Assembly (NCBI GenBank): GCA_964410845.1
Contig: CAYPJB010000004.1
Coordinates: 1-32,280, forward strand
DNA length: 32,280 bases
Direction: 5' to 3'
From: an uncultured Bacteroidales bacterium
GTDB taxonomy: Bacteria > Planctomycetota > Planctomycetia > Gemmatales > HRBIN36
Part shown: one piece after another, positions 1-8,338 of the stretch
Layout: each line of letters opens with the position of its first letter
Numbering within the stretch: position 1 is the first letter of the stretch
The notes under the pieces: generated by a model
Told to the model about the DNA's origin: nothing
Databases searched by the model: none
Seen by the model: only the letters and a program-made list of their open reading frames with translations
Position numbers and translations under genes: made by a program

Positions 1-218
1 AACTGGCTAAGCCACCGGAGCCACCGCCGCCTCCACCCCAGGCTCAACTTGATCTCTACATGCAGAAGAAGGACAACAACGACAACAAACTCAACATCAC
101 CGTTGTCATCCATAAGCCTGACCCTTGCCCACCCTGGCTGCACGCCAAGTGGAAGAGCTATTGCGATTCGATTGTGAACGGCCTTTGTTCCCACCTTATT
201 GCTAACAAGCTGAAGTGA
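1..218 (+). CDS. 3' end of an unidentified protein-coding gene (5' part lies outside the window)
   Basis: One frame is open from the window edge to TGA 216-218 (...PPEPPPPPPQAQLDLYMQKKDNNDNKLNITVVIHKPDPCPPWLHAKWKSYCDSIVNGLCSHLIANKLK*). The stop overlaps the GTG start of the next gene (GTGA, 215-218), a typical coupled junction. No family recognised. Confidence 0.4.
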   Translation, partial: LAKPPEPPPPPPQAQLDLYMQKKDNNDNKLNITVVIHKPDPCPPWLHAKWKSYCDSIVNGLCSHLIANKLK

Positions 219-958
219 TACCTCTTCCCCCGTCGCTTCTCCCCGTCATCGATCTCCGACAGGGCTATGCTGTCCATGCAGTAGCAGGGAACCGTGCTGC
301 ATATCAGCGACTACGCAGCCGATGGTGCGACACACCAGGCGATGTCATGCAGTTGCTGGAAATGCTTCGAACAGAGTTGGGGCTGGACGAGTTCTACATC
401 GCTGACTTGGACGCTATTGCAGGCATCGGGCATCATCACCCCCTCATCCGGCATCTCGTTGAACAGGGTTATCGTATCTGGCTTGATTCTGGGTTGCGAT
501 CGCTCCACGATCTAGAGGCTATGCAGCAACTAGGTGTTGAATACATCATCCTCGCCAGTGAAACCATGAAGGTCGATGCCTGGCATCGATTGAAAGATCA
601 TCCAGCTTGTGAGAAACTGGTCTTCAGTCTTGATCTGTACCAGGGCAAGCTGCGGTCAACTGCTGAATTATTGGCTCATATGGAGCCGATGGATATTGTG
701 AATACGGTTGTGAGTTGGGGTATTCGTCGAATCATCGTTCTGGATATTGCCAACGTGGGGACATCTGCGGGTTGTTCGACCCTGCCACTCTGCCAACAGA
801 TCAAGGCACTTCACCCTGCAGTGGAGCTGATCACTGGAGGTGGCATCCGGTCCCTCGCTGATATCGAACAGTTGGAGCAGTCGGGCATTCAACGTGTTCT
901 GGTCGCCACCTGGCTACACGATGTTGCTACCACTTTCGCTCTGTCACCCACTGCTTAG
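215..958 (+). CDS. HisA/HisF-family (beta/alpha)8-barrel protein
   Basis: 247-aa ORF. The N-terminus LLPVIDLRQGYAVHAV matches the HisA/HisF 'IPAIDLxxG' strand 1. It also has a C-terminal GGGIRSLADIEQL phosphate-binding motif and a VLDIANVGT motif. GTG start. No other his genes are nearby. Confidence 0.75.
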   Translation: MIPLPPSLLPVIDLRQGYAVHAVAGNRAAYQRLRSRWCDTPGDVMQLLEMLRTELGLDEFYIADLDAIAGIGHHHPLIRHLVEQGYRIWLDSGLRSLHDLEAMQQLGVEYIILASETMKVDAWHRLKDHPACEKLVFSLDLYQGKLRSTAELLAHMEPMDIVNTVVSWGIRRIIVLDIANVGTSAGCSTLPLCQQIKALHPAVELITGGGIRSLADIEQLEQSGIQRVLVATWLHDVATTFALSPTA

Positions 959-1598
959 CCCGTTCCGTCTCGGCGTTCATGCGTCGTTCCAGTTCGCGGG
1001 CGTAGGGTTCCATTTCTTCCTTGCTGAGGTTCTTCGGTACTACCAACGGTTCGCCTGCAATCCCTGCGGCCCTGCTGAAGGGTTTTGGTATTCCGAATCG
1101 ATCCCAACTGCGAGCGTACCAGGCATTGTGGTAATGCACGCCAATGGGGATGATGGGAAAGCCGGTACGTGAGGCGAGGAAAATGGTGCCTAGCTGGGCT
1201 TCACGGCGAGGACCACGTGGGCCATCGGGGGTAATGCTGAGGTGCAGGTTTTTGGATGCATCGAGCATGCTCATAAGCGCCGGGACGCCACTCTTGGCCG
1301 TGGAGCCACGCACGACACGAAGACCTAATCGCTTGACCACCTGGGCGATGATTTCACCATCGGAATGATTGCTGATGAGAATAGCCACATTGCGATGATG
1401 GCCATAACGACCAGCCATGTAGAGAATTGCTTCATGCCAGAAAGCATAGATGTAGCGACCCGTGTTATCGGGATGACTGGGCAGCAATTTAGGTTCAAAC
1501 AGATACTCGCGTGTCCGCACGGTGTTCATCAGCAGCCGAACGACACCAGCCGTGAGCAGGCCAACCAGTTTCAGCAATCCGGGCTGGCGAAGCTTCAT
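927..1598 (-). CDS. DUF374 / lysophospholipid-acyltransferase-like protein
   Basis: The ORF 927-1637 contains YAFWHEAILYMAG...ISNHSDGEIIAQVVKRLGLRVVRGST...ITPDGPRGPRREAQLGTIFLA, the conserved DUF374 core. I prefer the ATG at 1598 (MKLRQPG..., AGGA about 10 nt upstream) over the TTG at 1637. Confidence 0.75.
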   Translation of the reverse strand: MKLRQPGLLKLVGLLTAGVVRLLMNTVRTREYLFEPKLLPSHPDNTGRYIYAFWHEAILYMAGRYGHHRNVAILISNHSDGEIIAQVVKRLGLRVVRGSTAKSGVPALMSMLDASKNLHLSITPDGPRGPRREAQLGTIFLASRTGFPIIPIGVHYHNAWYARSWDRFGIPKPFSRAAGIAGEPLVVPKNLSKEEMEPYARELERRMNAETERAKQWVTERKW

Positions 1599-1638
1599 GC
1601 TTGTTTCATCCTGAGTGCTGAGTCCTGAGCCTGACAAA

Positions 1639-2598
1639 TCATTCGACGTTGATCAGGAGCTTGATCGGCTCTTTCTGCCCCTGGAGGTAGACCTTCACTT
1701 CAGCATCAAAAGGAGTGTCTCGCGTTAGATTCTGTTCGAGCGATACCTGATAGGTAACAGACGCAGCAGCCTGGCTGACCACCGTGACCACGATACCGGG
1801 GCTGGCTTCTACCCGTTCGACAGGCACTCCCTGGCCGTGCTGATCTCGCAGAGTTACAGTCTTGGTCGGAGAGATGCTTTTGGACATAGTGACGAGATAA
1901 GGCGACATGACATAACGTGTCTTGGCCTTCTTCACCACGGTGATGGGAATGCGAAGTACGGGATACGTCACGTCTGAAGTATAGACAACGACTTCATGAT
2001 CGTGTCGTCCAGCGGGCAAGTCATCACGGACGCTTACTTTGAGGGCATACTGGGCTGCGGTCTGGGTCGCATCGGGTTTCACCCATTCGATGTCGAGATA
2101 GGGAGAGGTACGTTCCAGCTTGATCGGCTTGATCGGGGTGGTTCGCTTATCCAGAATTGTGATTGTCTGTGGACGAGGCTTTTCACCATAGCAGGTAATG
2201 GCTGAGGGGGTGACGATGATCTCCTGCACAACACGGCCTGTAATGATGAACTGCTGCTCTTTGAGTTGGGCACCTTCCGGGTAACGGAGTTTGATGCCGT
2301 AGGTGGTCGGGCCGGGGTTCGAGACAAGGGTGTTGACATCGAGTTTCAGAGTGCCCGTAGCCCCGGGGGCCAGGGTAGATGGTTCAAGAGTGGGTTGAAT
2401 GCAGCCACAACTCGATTTGAGTTCCTGCATGGTGATGGCAGAACTGGCGGTGTTGGTGACTTTGATCTGGTAGTTGAAGACCTGCCCGGCTTTCACTTCG
2501 CCAAGATCAATGGTCGGCGGATCGAAGGCGAGTTGCGCGCGAGCTTGCGTTACGGTAAACAACAGCATCAATAGCGATAGTACTTTCTGCCTATTCAT
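1639..2598 (-). CDS. Secreted DUF1573 domain protein
   Basis: 319 aa with an N-terminal signal peptide (MNRQKVLSLLMLLFTVTQARA). It has the DUF1573 signature FDPPTIDLGEVKAGQ...VTNTASSAITMQELKSSCGC, followed by further Ig-like beta-rich sequence. Confidence 0.8.
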   Translation of the reverse strand: MNRQKVLSLLMLLFTVTQARAQLAFDPPTIDLGEVKAGQVFNYQIKVTNTASSAITMQELKSSCGCIQPTLEPSTLAPGATGTLKLDVNTLVSNPGPTTYGIKLRYPEGAQLKEQQFIITGRVVQEIIVTPSAITCYGEKPRPQTITILDKRTTPIKPIKLERTSPYLDIEWVKPDATQTAAQYALKVSVRDDLPAGRHDHEVVVYTSDVTYPVLRIPITVVKKAKTRYVMSPYLVTMSKSISPTKTVTLRDQHGQGVPVERVEASPGIVVTVVSQAAASVTYQVSLEQNLTRDTPFDAEVKVYLQGQKEPIKLLINVE

Positions 2599-2697
2599 AA
2601 TTACCTCCGTGCGAGCTCAGGTTATAATGCTTGTTGCTTGAACGAGCAATGTCACGTGACGATGGACAATATCTCCTCTTCGCACTCTGCGCATTAA

Positions 2698-2746
2698 TTC
2701 TCTGCGGCCTCTGCGTTTCAATTCTAAACGCAGAGGTCGCAGAGGA
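2698..2746 (+). promoter_or_regulatory. Long imperfect palindrome / RNA hairpin in the divergent DUF1573-tadE intergenic region
   Basis: The perfect core arms are 2708-2718 CCTCTGCGTTT and 2726-2736 AAACGCAGAGG, with a 7-nt loop. The stem extends to about 21 bp (2698-2746), and its two non-Watson-Crick positions are G.U only in the + sense RNA. No U-tract follows on either strand. Confidence 0.45.
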
Positions 2747-2957
2747 GGAAAGACCCGGAGTACGCTGAAGAGAATTCGCGTGTACATGCCATAACTCACT
2801 AAACATCATCAACTTACGTAAATATCGCAACTTCCAGAAAACTGGACTAGGCAAGCCAGGGGACTTACGTTACTGTTGTGCCACGCGGCAACTACCGCGC
2901 TCATGACATGACCTCACGGATTGAGGTTATTACCAAGCTGGCCAGGGAGGGCGCAGT

Positions 2958-3398
2958 ATGAAGTCGCGACATTCTCTTGCACATCGACGTCATACACGGC
3001 GCGGCATCCTCGCTCTCGAACTCCTCCTCATTCTTCCTATTCTGTTGCTGCTCATCCTGGCGATGGTCCAGTTCAGTTTGACCATCCATGCTCGTCAGCA
3101 ACTGGTGGCAGCTAGCCGGGAAGGCTGTCGCATTGCAGCACTGGGTGGTGACCTGGGAGAAGTGGAACGTACGGTTCGACGAACACTGGGTAATGGCCGA
3201 CTGGCTGATGCGGACATTGAACTCACTGACGAATCAGGGAAATCCATCGAAGCGGGGCAAGCGGTGCCCACTGGGGAAGCGGTGGCGGTCTGGCTTCGTT
3301 TACCAACGGTACACGCAGTGCCGGATCTACTGCGATTCATGGGATACAGCATCAAGGGAGACGAGATTATTGCTCGTACCTTGATGAGGCGAGAATAA
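2958..3398 (+). CDS. TadE-like pilus assembly / pseudopilin-like protein
   Basis: 146 aa. The N-terminus RRGILALELLLILPILLLLILAMVQFSLTIHARQQLVAASREG fits the TadE-like N-terminal hydrophobic domain. A GGGAGGG RBS lies 8 nt upstream of the ATG. Confidence 0.75.
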   Translation: MKSRHSLAHRRHTRRGILALELLLILPILLLLILAMVQFSLTIHARQQLVAASREGCRIAALGGDLGEVERTVRRTLGNGRLADADIELTDESGKSIEAGQAVPTGEAVAVWLRLPTVHAVPDLLRFMGYSIKGDEIIARTLMRRE

Positions 3399-3438
3399 CT
3401 ACGCTCAGGATGAGCAAGCTATAGGCAAGGAGCCAACA

Positions 3439-4608
3439 ATGCGTGCAAGCACCATGTTTGCGTTAATCGTCGCGGTGCTCGTCGGCCTGGGAGCTGCGGT
3501 GGCAGCCAAGGCGACAGGCGTGTTCAATCGTGCGGAACCGAAGAAGGAGCCGCCACCCATCATGGTGCTGGCAGCGGCAAGCAATATCTTCGAAGGCAAT
3601 ATGATTCAGACTGCCGATGTCCGAGTTCGTCCTGCATCACTGCAGGAAGTGGAACAGTTGCGTCGGGGTGAGTTGTTGCCTGCAATGCCACAGGCTGTTG
3701 TCAAGCGATTCGCGAAGATGAGCATTCCCGCTGATGCAGCCATCCGGAAGGACTACCTCGAAGACCTCATTGCTCCGGGGGAACTTCGAACACGAGTTGC
3801 TCCTGGAATGCGGGCAGTCAATCTGGCTATTCCCAAACATCATGCCGCAGGTGGCCTGATCAACGTCGGTGACTGGGTGGACATTCAACTGATGGCTGCC
3901 ATCGAAGCTCCGGCAGTGCCGCTTCCCGGGGGGGCAGCTGCAGCTGGTGGCACTACGGCCCAGGCGGCCATCATCACACGCGCTGCCCGTGTGATTGCCA
4001 AGCGGAACAGCCTCTGGCCTGTGCAGACACCACTGGGCCCAGACTGCCCAGTGAACTTTACGCTGGAAACGAATCCTTACCGAGCGGCACTGATCGAGTT
4101 CGCCAAGGATAAGGGAACACTGGTACTGCTTCCGGTAGGTGATACCGACAAGCGAGTGCTGGAAGCCCGCCGAAGCGATTTGATGAATCAGTCAACCAAT
4201 CCAAATCCGGTCATGAATGTGTCTTACAACATGGCTGAGAGCAATGAGTACCGCGAAGAAGACAAGCGTGTTGGCAACTTCCTCAATGGCAACTACGTGA
4301 TCAGTGAAGGCGACCTGGTTCGCATCTTTCAACTGAAGTATGTGCCTCCTACTCCTCCATCCCCAGTCGCCAAGATTGAGAAAGTGGTTGGCATCAACAC
4401 CGCTGGCTATTCAAAAGGTGGCATCGGGGCAAGCAATAACTCAATAGAAGAAGGTAACGCCGGAGCCATTGCCCAGCGTAGTGGGCCTTCTGTGGGTAGC
4501 TATACCGTCGGTGGAAATCAATCGAGCCCTTTCCGATTTCGTCCTCCTGAAGCACCTGCTTCGTGCAACACGTGCCAGACGGGTCGAGGGAAGTGCGGAC
4601 AGAAGTAG
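3439..4608 (+). CDS. cpaB: Flp pilus assembly protein CpaB/RcpC with a long C-terminal extension
   Basis: 389 aa with an N-terminal TM helix and a SAF-like segment (VLAAASNIFEGNMIQTADVRVRP). An RcpC-like region (MRAVNLAIPKHHAAGGLINVGDWVDI) follows. An AAGGAG RBS is present. The last 150 aa or so are low-complexity and end in CNTCQTGRGKCGQK. Confidence 0.8.
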   Translation: MRASTMFALIVAVLVGLGAAVAAKATGVFNRAEPKKEPPPIMVLAAASNIFEGNMIQTADVRVRPASLQEVEQLRRGELLPAMPQAVVKRFAKMSIPADAAIRKDYLEDLIAPGELRTRVAPGMRAVNLAIPKHHAAGGLINVGDWVDIQLMAAIEAPAVPLPGGAAAAGGTTAQAAIITRAARVIAKRNSLWPVQTPLGPDCPVNFTLETNPYRAALIEFAKDKGTLVLLPVGDTDKRVLEARRSDLMNQSTNPNPVMNVSYNMAESNEYREEDKRVGNFLNGNYVISEGDLVRIFQLKYVPPTPPSPVAKIEKVVGINTAGYSKGGIGASNNSIEEGNAGAIAQRSGPSVGSYTVGGNQSSPFRFRPPEAPASCNTCQTGRGKCGQK

Positions 4609-4635
4609 TAGCTATTTGCTACCGAAAGATTCAAC

Positions 4636-5835
4636 ATGATTTACAGCAAGAACAAACCGAAACGCCGTGGAGCCATGTGGCCGTTGCTCTTGGCTTGCCT
4701 GGCGCTCATGCTGGCTGGGCTTGCTCTTGCTGTTGATTCGGCACTACTCTGGCAGGCACGACAGGAACTGCAGGTGGCTGCCGACGCCAGTGCCCTGGGG
4801 GCAGCTCTTGAGCTGGCCGACGACCAGTTACTGCTTCGTCGCCCGGGTGTAATGCATCATGTCCTGCAGCGATCCAGCCGCATGGCCCAGGCAATTGCGT
4901 ATCAGCATCATGTACTAGGTGTGCCGCAGAAACTGGTCATTGAAGATCCGGATCAGAACGATGTGGTAGCAGGTTTTCATGTAGCCCATCAAATGGGAAT
5001 TCAGCCAGCCAGCGATGCAGATCTGGATAGTCCGTTTCTCAATGCCATCGAAGTGACAGCCCGGCGAACTCGTGAGCGGGGCACGCCCGTCGGTCTCTTT
5101 TTCACCCGTCTCTTTCGCCTCGAATCGGCGAATGTTGCTGCCCATGCTATCGCTGCACTGGATCGTCAGGTGATCGGTTTTCGACCTGTTGGGCAACTCA
5201 GCGTGCCTCTCATGCCTGTAGCTATATTCACGGATCCCACTGGGATCGATGAGCATTCCTGGGATGCCCAGATTGAGAAACCCCTGAGCCAGGGTGGCGG
5301 CTACGATGAGTTTGCCTACCAGAAGGCCAGTCGGCGCTGGGTACACACCAGTGAAGGCACCAAGGGCGATGGGCTGCCGGAGTTCTTGCTCAAACTGCCA
5401 CTCGGCACCAATCTCGAAGAGGCAAACGCCACCTTGCTGCAGATCGGCAAGGCGAATGCGTTCTTGCGTCAGGTCGAAACGGGCATTCTGTCTGCTGACC
5501 TGGAAGAGTTTCAGGGACAGTTCAGTCTCGGTTGGGACGGACAACTTCCTGTGGAGGAGTTGCCATTGCCAACGTCGCGCACTCTGGAACAACTCGTCGC
5601 CAGACTGAACAAGCTTCAGGAAGCAGGCGAGGCACGTATCTGGCCACTCTACCAGCGTTTTGAATCCGGTGTGATGGTACAGGGCTTTGTTGCAGCGCGA
5701 ATCGCTCAGGTTGAACAAACAGAAGCTTATCTGCAAGTTATCTTGCAGCCCACAATACTCACGACAGGCTCTGCTATCACTGATGGTACAGCGGCAGAAA
5801 ACGCCTTTGTCGGCAAAATCAAACTCGTTCGTTGA
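4636..5835 (+). CDS. TadG-like (TadE/G N-terminal domain) pilus assembly protein
   Basis: 399 aa. The N-terminus RRGAMWPLLLACLALMLAGLALAVDSALLWQARQELQVAADASALGAA matches the 'putative Flp pilus-assembly TadG-like N-terminal' pattern. No vWA motif is evident. Its operon position lies between cpaB and cpaF. Confidence 0.6.
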   Translation: MIYSKNKPKRRGAMWPLLLACLALMLAGLALAVDSALLWQARQELQVAADASALGAALELADDQLLLRRPGVMHHVLQRSSRMAQAIAYQHHVLGVPQKLVIEDPDQNDVVAGFHVAHQMGIQPASDADLDSPFLNAIEVTARRTRERGTPVGLFFTRLFRLESANVAAHAIAALDRQVIGFRPVGQLSVPLMPVAIFTDPTGIDEHSWDAQIEKPLSQGGGYDEFAYQKASRRWVHTSEGTKGDGLPEFLLKLPLGTNLEEANATLLQIGKANAFLRQVETGILSADLEEFQGQFSLGWDGQLPVEELPLPTSRTLEQLVARLNKLQEAGEARIWPLYQRFESGVMVQGFVAARIAQVEQTEAYLQVILQPTILTTGSAITDGTAAENAFVGKIKLVR

Positions 5836-6037
5836 ACGAGAGGAAACACCAGCCTCGGCTGGTCTGGAATCTTATGCCAGTGATTCATTCAACGGGTGTG
5901 ACGGCGGACACCAGTCACATTTCGGAATCCTGGTGTGAGCGCTCCCGGAAATGGACGGATTGCCAGCGAGGGAAGTTATGATCCCCGCCCTCGCTGGTGA
6001 TCCTTCGCTCCGGGAGTCTGAAACAAGGAAGTCTGCC

Positions 6038-7390
6038 ATGTCACAAGAACTAGCTGTTCGCCAGCAGCGACTGAAAGCAGACATCCACCGGCAGATGGTG
6101 GAGATGCTCGATGTCAGCAAGCTGGGCCACTGGCCTGAAGATCGTCTCCGCCGAGAACTGCGTGGTCTGGCTTCGAGATTGCTCGCCCAGGCGCCGGAGA
6201 TGCTCAGCCAGGTAGAGCGCGAACGGCTGGCTGATGAAGTCATTGACGAAGCTTTTGGCCTGGGGCCACTCGAAGGATTGCTCTCCGATCCAACCATCAC
6301 CGATATTCTCGTGAACGGGCCGAAGTCGGTGTATGTCGAGCGGCGTGGAGTTCTGGAGCAGACGCCCATTGTCTTTGCTGATGAACATCACCTGTTGCAG
6401 ATCATCCAGCGTATTGCAGCTAAAGTCGGCCGGCGTGTGGATGAACAGTCGCCGATGGTCGATGCCCGCTTGCCGGATGGCTCGCGTGTGAATGCGGTGA
6501 TCCCGCCGCTCGCGCTCGAAGGGCCGATGCTTTCTATCAGACGGTTCGGCGTGCGACTCGGAGTAGAAGACCTTCTCGCCGGTGGCTCGATCCCTGCTGA
6601 AGCGATGGCTTTCCTGCAGGCTGCTGTCGAAGCACGAATCAGCGTACTCGTCAGTGGCGGAGCTGGCTCTGGCAAGACGACATTACTCAACGCCTTGTCG
6701 CGTTCGATTCCTGATGATGAACGGCTCGTCAGCATTGAAGATGCAGCTGAACTCTGCTTGCAGCAGCGTCACGTGGTTCGTCTGGAAACACGTCCTCCGA
6801 ATATGGAAGGAGCGGGTGAAGTGAAACTCCGCGATCTGGTCAAGAATTCATTACGTATGCGACCGGATCGGATCATCATCGGCGAAGTGCGTGGAGCGGA
6901 AGCGCTTGACATGCTTCAGGCCATGAACACAGGGCACGAAGGATCACTGACGACGATCCATGCTAATGATGCCCGTGATGCACTGGCCCGTCTCGAAATG
7001 ATGGTAATGATGGCAGGGTTCGAGTTGCCTATCTCGGTGATTCGCCAGTACATCCGCTCAGCCATCACAGTCATCGTGCATCTCTCCCGGCTCAAGGGGG
7101 GCAAACGCAAGATGCTCAGACTTTGCGAAGTAGTAGGCTTGCGTGATGGTCGTTACCTGGTTCGTGATCTGTTCCGTTATCAGCAACAAGGCGTGCGTGA
7201 CGGCAAAGCGTTTGGCAGTTACTTTGCCACCGGCAAACGACCCAAGTGCTTACAGCGATTGCACGCAGCAGGTATGCATCTGCCTGATGAAATGTTCAGC
7301 AAACGCATCCTGGCCACCAGAAGCGAGTTCGATCAGCCTCAGTGGAAGAATCGACTGCATGTCGAGCAAGCCATGAAGGGAGCAGTATGA
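6038..7390 (+). CDS. cpaF: CpaF/TadA family pilus assembly (secretion) ATPase
   Basis: Walker A is GGAGSGKTT. The protein has an Asp box/Walker B region ([12 protein letters not shown]), a His box ([14 protein letters not shown]) and the ITDILVNGP motif. The ORF is open from 5951. I prefer ATG 6038 (AAGGAAG RBS, 450 aa, [13 protein letters not shown]...), but 5951 or 5978 are possible. Confidence 0.9.
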   Translation: MSQELAVRQQRLKADIHRQMVEMLDVSKLGHWPEDRLRRELRGLASRLLAQAPEMLSQVERERLADEVIDEAFGLGPLEGLLSDPTITDILVNGPKSVYVERRGVLEQTPIVFADEHHLLQIIQRIAAKVGRRVDEQSPMVDARLPDGSRVNAVIPPLALEGPMLSIRRFGVRLGVEDLLAGGSIPAEAMAFLQAAVEARISVLVSGGAGSGKTTLLNALSRSIPDDERLVSIEDAAELCLQQRHVVRLETRPPNMEGAGEVKLRDLVKNSLRMRPDRIIIGEVRGAEALDMLQAMNTGHEGSLTTIHANDARDALARLEMMVMMAGFELPISVIRQYIRSAITVIVHLSRLKGGKRKMLRLCEVVGLRDGRYLVRDLFRYQQQGVRDGKAFGSYFATGKRPKCLQRLHAAGMHLPDEMFSKRILATRSEFDQPQWKNRLHVEQAMKGAV

Positions 7391-8325
7391 GCCAGGAACA
7401 AACCCTCATCGCTGTCCTCAGTGGCGTGGTTACTGCATTAGTCATGGCAGGCATACTGGGCGGCCGAATGATGATAGCCCGTCGCCGTGCTGCACTGGCC
7501 AGTAGTCTGGGTGCTGTGGAGGCAGAAGAGACGCTGGCTGCTGCTCTGCCGTTGCCTGAAGCGAAGAATACATCGGAAAGGGTAGATCGACAGTTCGATC
7601 AACTCGTTACCGGCACAGGAATTGATATTACTTCCGAACAGATGATTGGCGTCATTCTGCTGTGCGGCGTCGGGAGTTGTGCAGGGTTCTACCTCTGGCG
7701 CGACGAGCTTTGGCTGGCACTCCTTGGCTTTGTCATTGGGTTGGCGGTTCCCATTGCCTACTTGATGGTGATGGCGGGGCAGCGTCGCAGGCAGATTCAT
7801 CAGCAGATGCCAGATGCGATTTATCTCCTGTCGCGGTCCCTTCGTGCTGGACTAGGCATGGAGCAAGGCTTTCACCTGGTTGCCAGTGAAAGTCCTCAAC
7901 CGCTCGGCGATGAATTGCGTCGTGTTTCAGAACAGGTTAAGCTTGGGCTCACCGTGCCCACAGCATTGCAAACTGCTGCACAGCGAGTGTCCGTTCTCGA
8001 TTTCAGCGTCTTCGCTGCGATTATTTCGATCCATCGCACCACGGGTGGTCAGTTGCCCATGCTGTTGGATCGCCTGGCATCTGGCATTCGTGACCGTGTG
8101 CAATATCAGGGACAGTTCAGAGCTGCGACAGCGATGGGTCGCATCAGTGCCATTGCCCTGGGCGCGGCAGTACCACTAATCTTCCTCTGGTATGTGCTCT
8201 TTCAACCAGAAACGGTGCAGATCTTCATCAACACACCAGGTGGTATGGCCATGCTTGCCACTGCGTTCAGCCTCGAAGCAGTGGGAATCTTCTGGCTCTA
8301 TCGCTTGCTGCGAACTGATAGCTAA
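7387..8325 (+). CDS. tadB: TadB-like type II secretion system F-family inner-membrane protein
   Basis: The ATG at 7387 overlaps the cpaF stop (ATGA). The protein has TM helices plus a GspF-like cytoplasmic domain (QMPDAIYLLSRSLRAGLGMEQGFHLVASE...). Confidence 0.8.
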   Translation: MSQEQTLIAVLSGVVTALVMAGILGGRMMIARRRAALASSLGAVEAEETLAAALPLPEAKNTSERVDRQFDQLVTGTGIDITSEQMIGVILLCGVGSCAGFYLWRDELWLALLGFVIGLAVPIAYLMVMAGQRRRQIHQQMPDAIYLLSRSLRAGLGMEQGFHLVASESPQPLGDELRRVSEQVKLGLTVPTALQTAAQRVSVLDFSVFAAIISIHRTTGGQLPMLLDRLASGIRDRVQYQGQFRAATAMGRISAIALGAAVPLIFLWYVLFQPETVQIFINTPGGMAMLATAFSLEAVGIFWLYRLLRTDS

Positions 8326-8338
8326 CGGGGACATAACG

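Noticed and set aside
215-958. Linking the HisA/HisF paralogue to tetrahydromethanopterin-type C1 cofactor biosynthesis known from Planctomycetes
   Set aside because: The link is tempting from general knowledge of such paralogues. However, no fae, mtdA, mch or fhc genes, or other pathway genes, are in the window, and I cannot verify the orthology from the sequence alone.
2599-6037. Search for a hidden Flp pilin gene in the tad leader (2599-2957) and the tadG-cpaF gap (5836-6037)
   Set aside because: The small + ORFs found (39, 21, 17 and 11 codons or fewer) lack the Flp G/xxxxEY processing motif and the typical hydrophobic stretch of about 20 aa after it. No pilin call can be supported.
4915-6369. 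273-aa and 165-aa - strand ORFs (4915-5736, 5872-6369)
   Set aside because: They are antisense to the tadG-like and cpaF genes, which fit a coherent same-strand operon with recognisable N-terminal and Walker motifs. They have no signal of their own.
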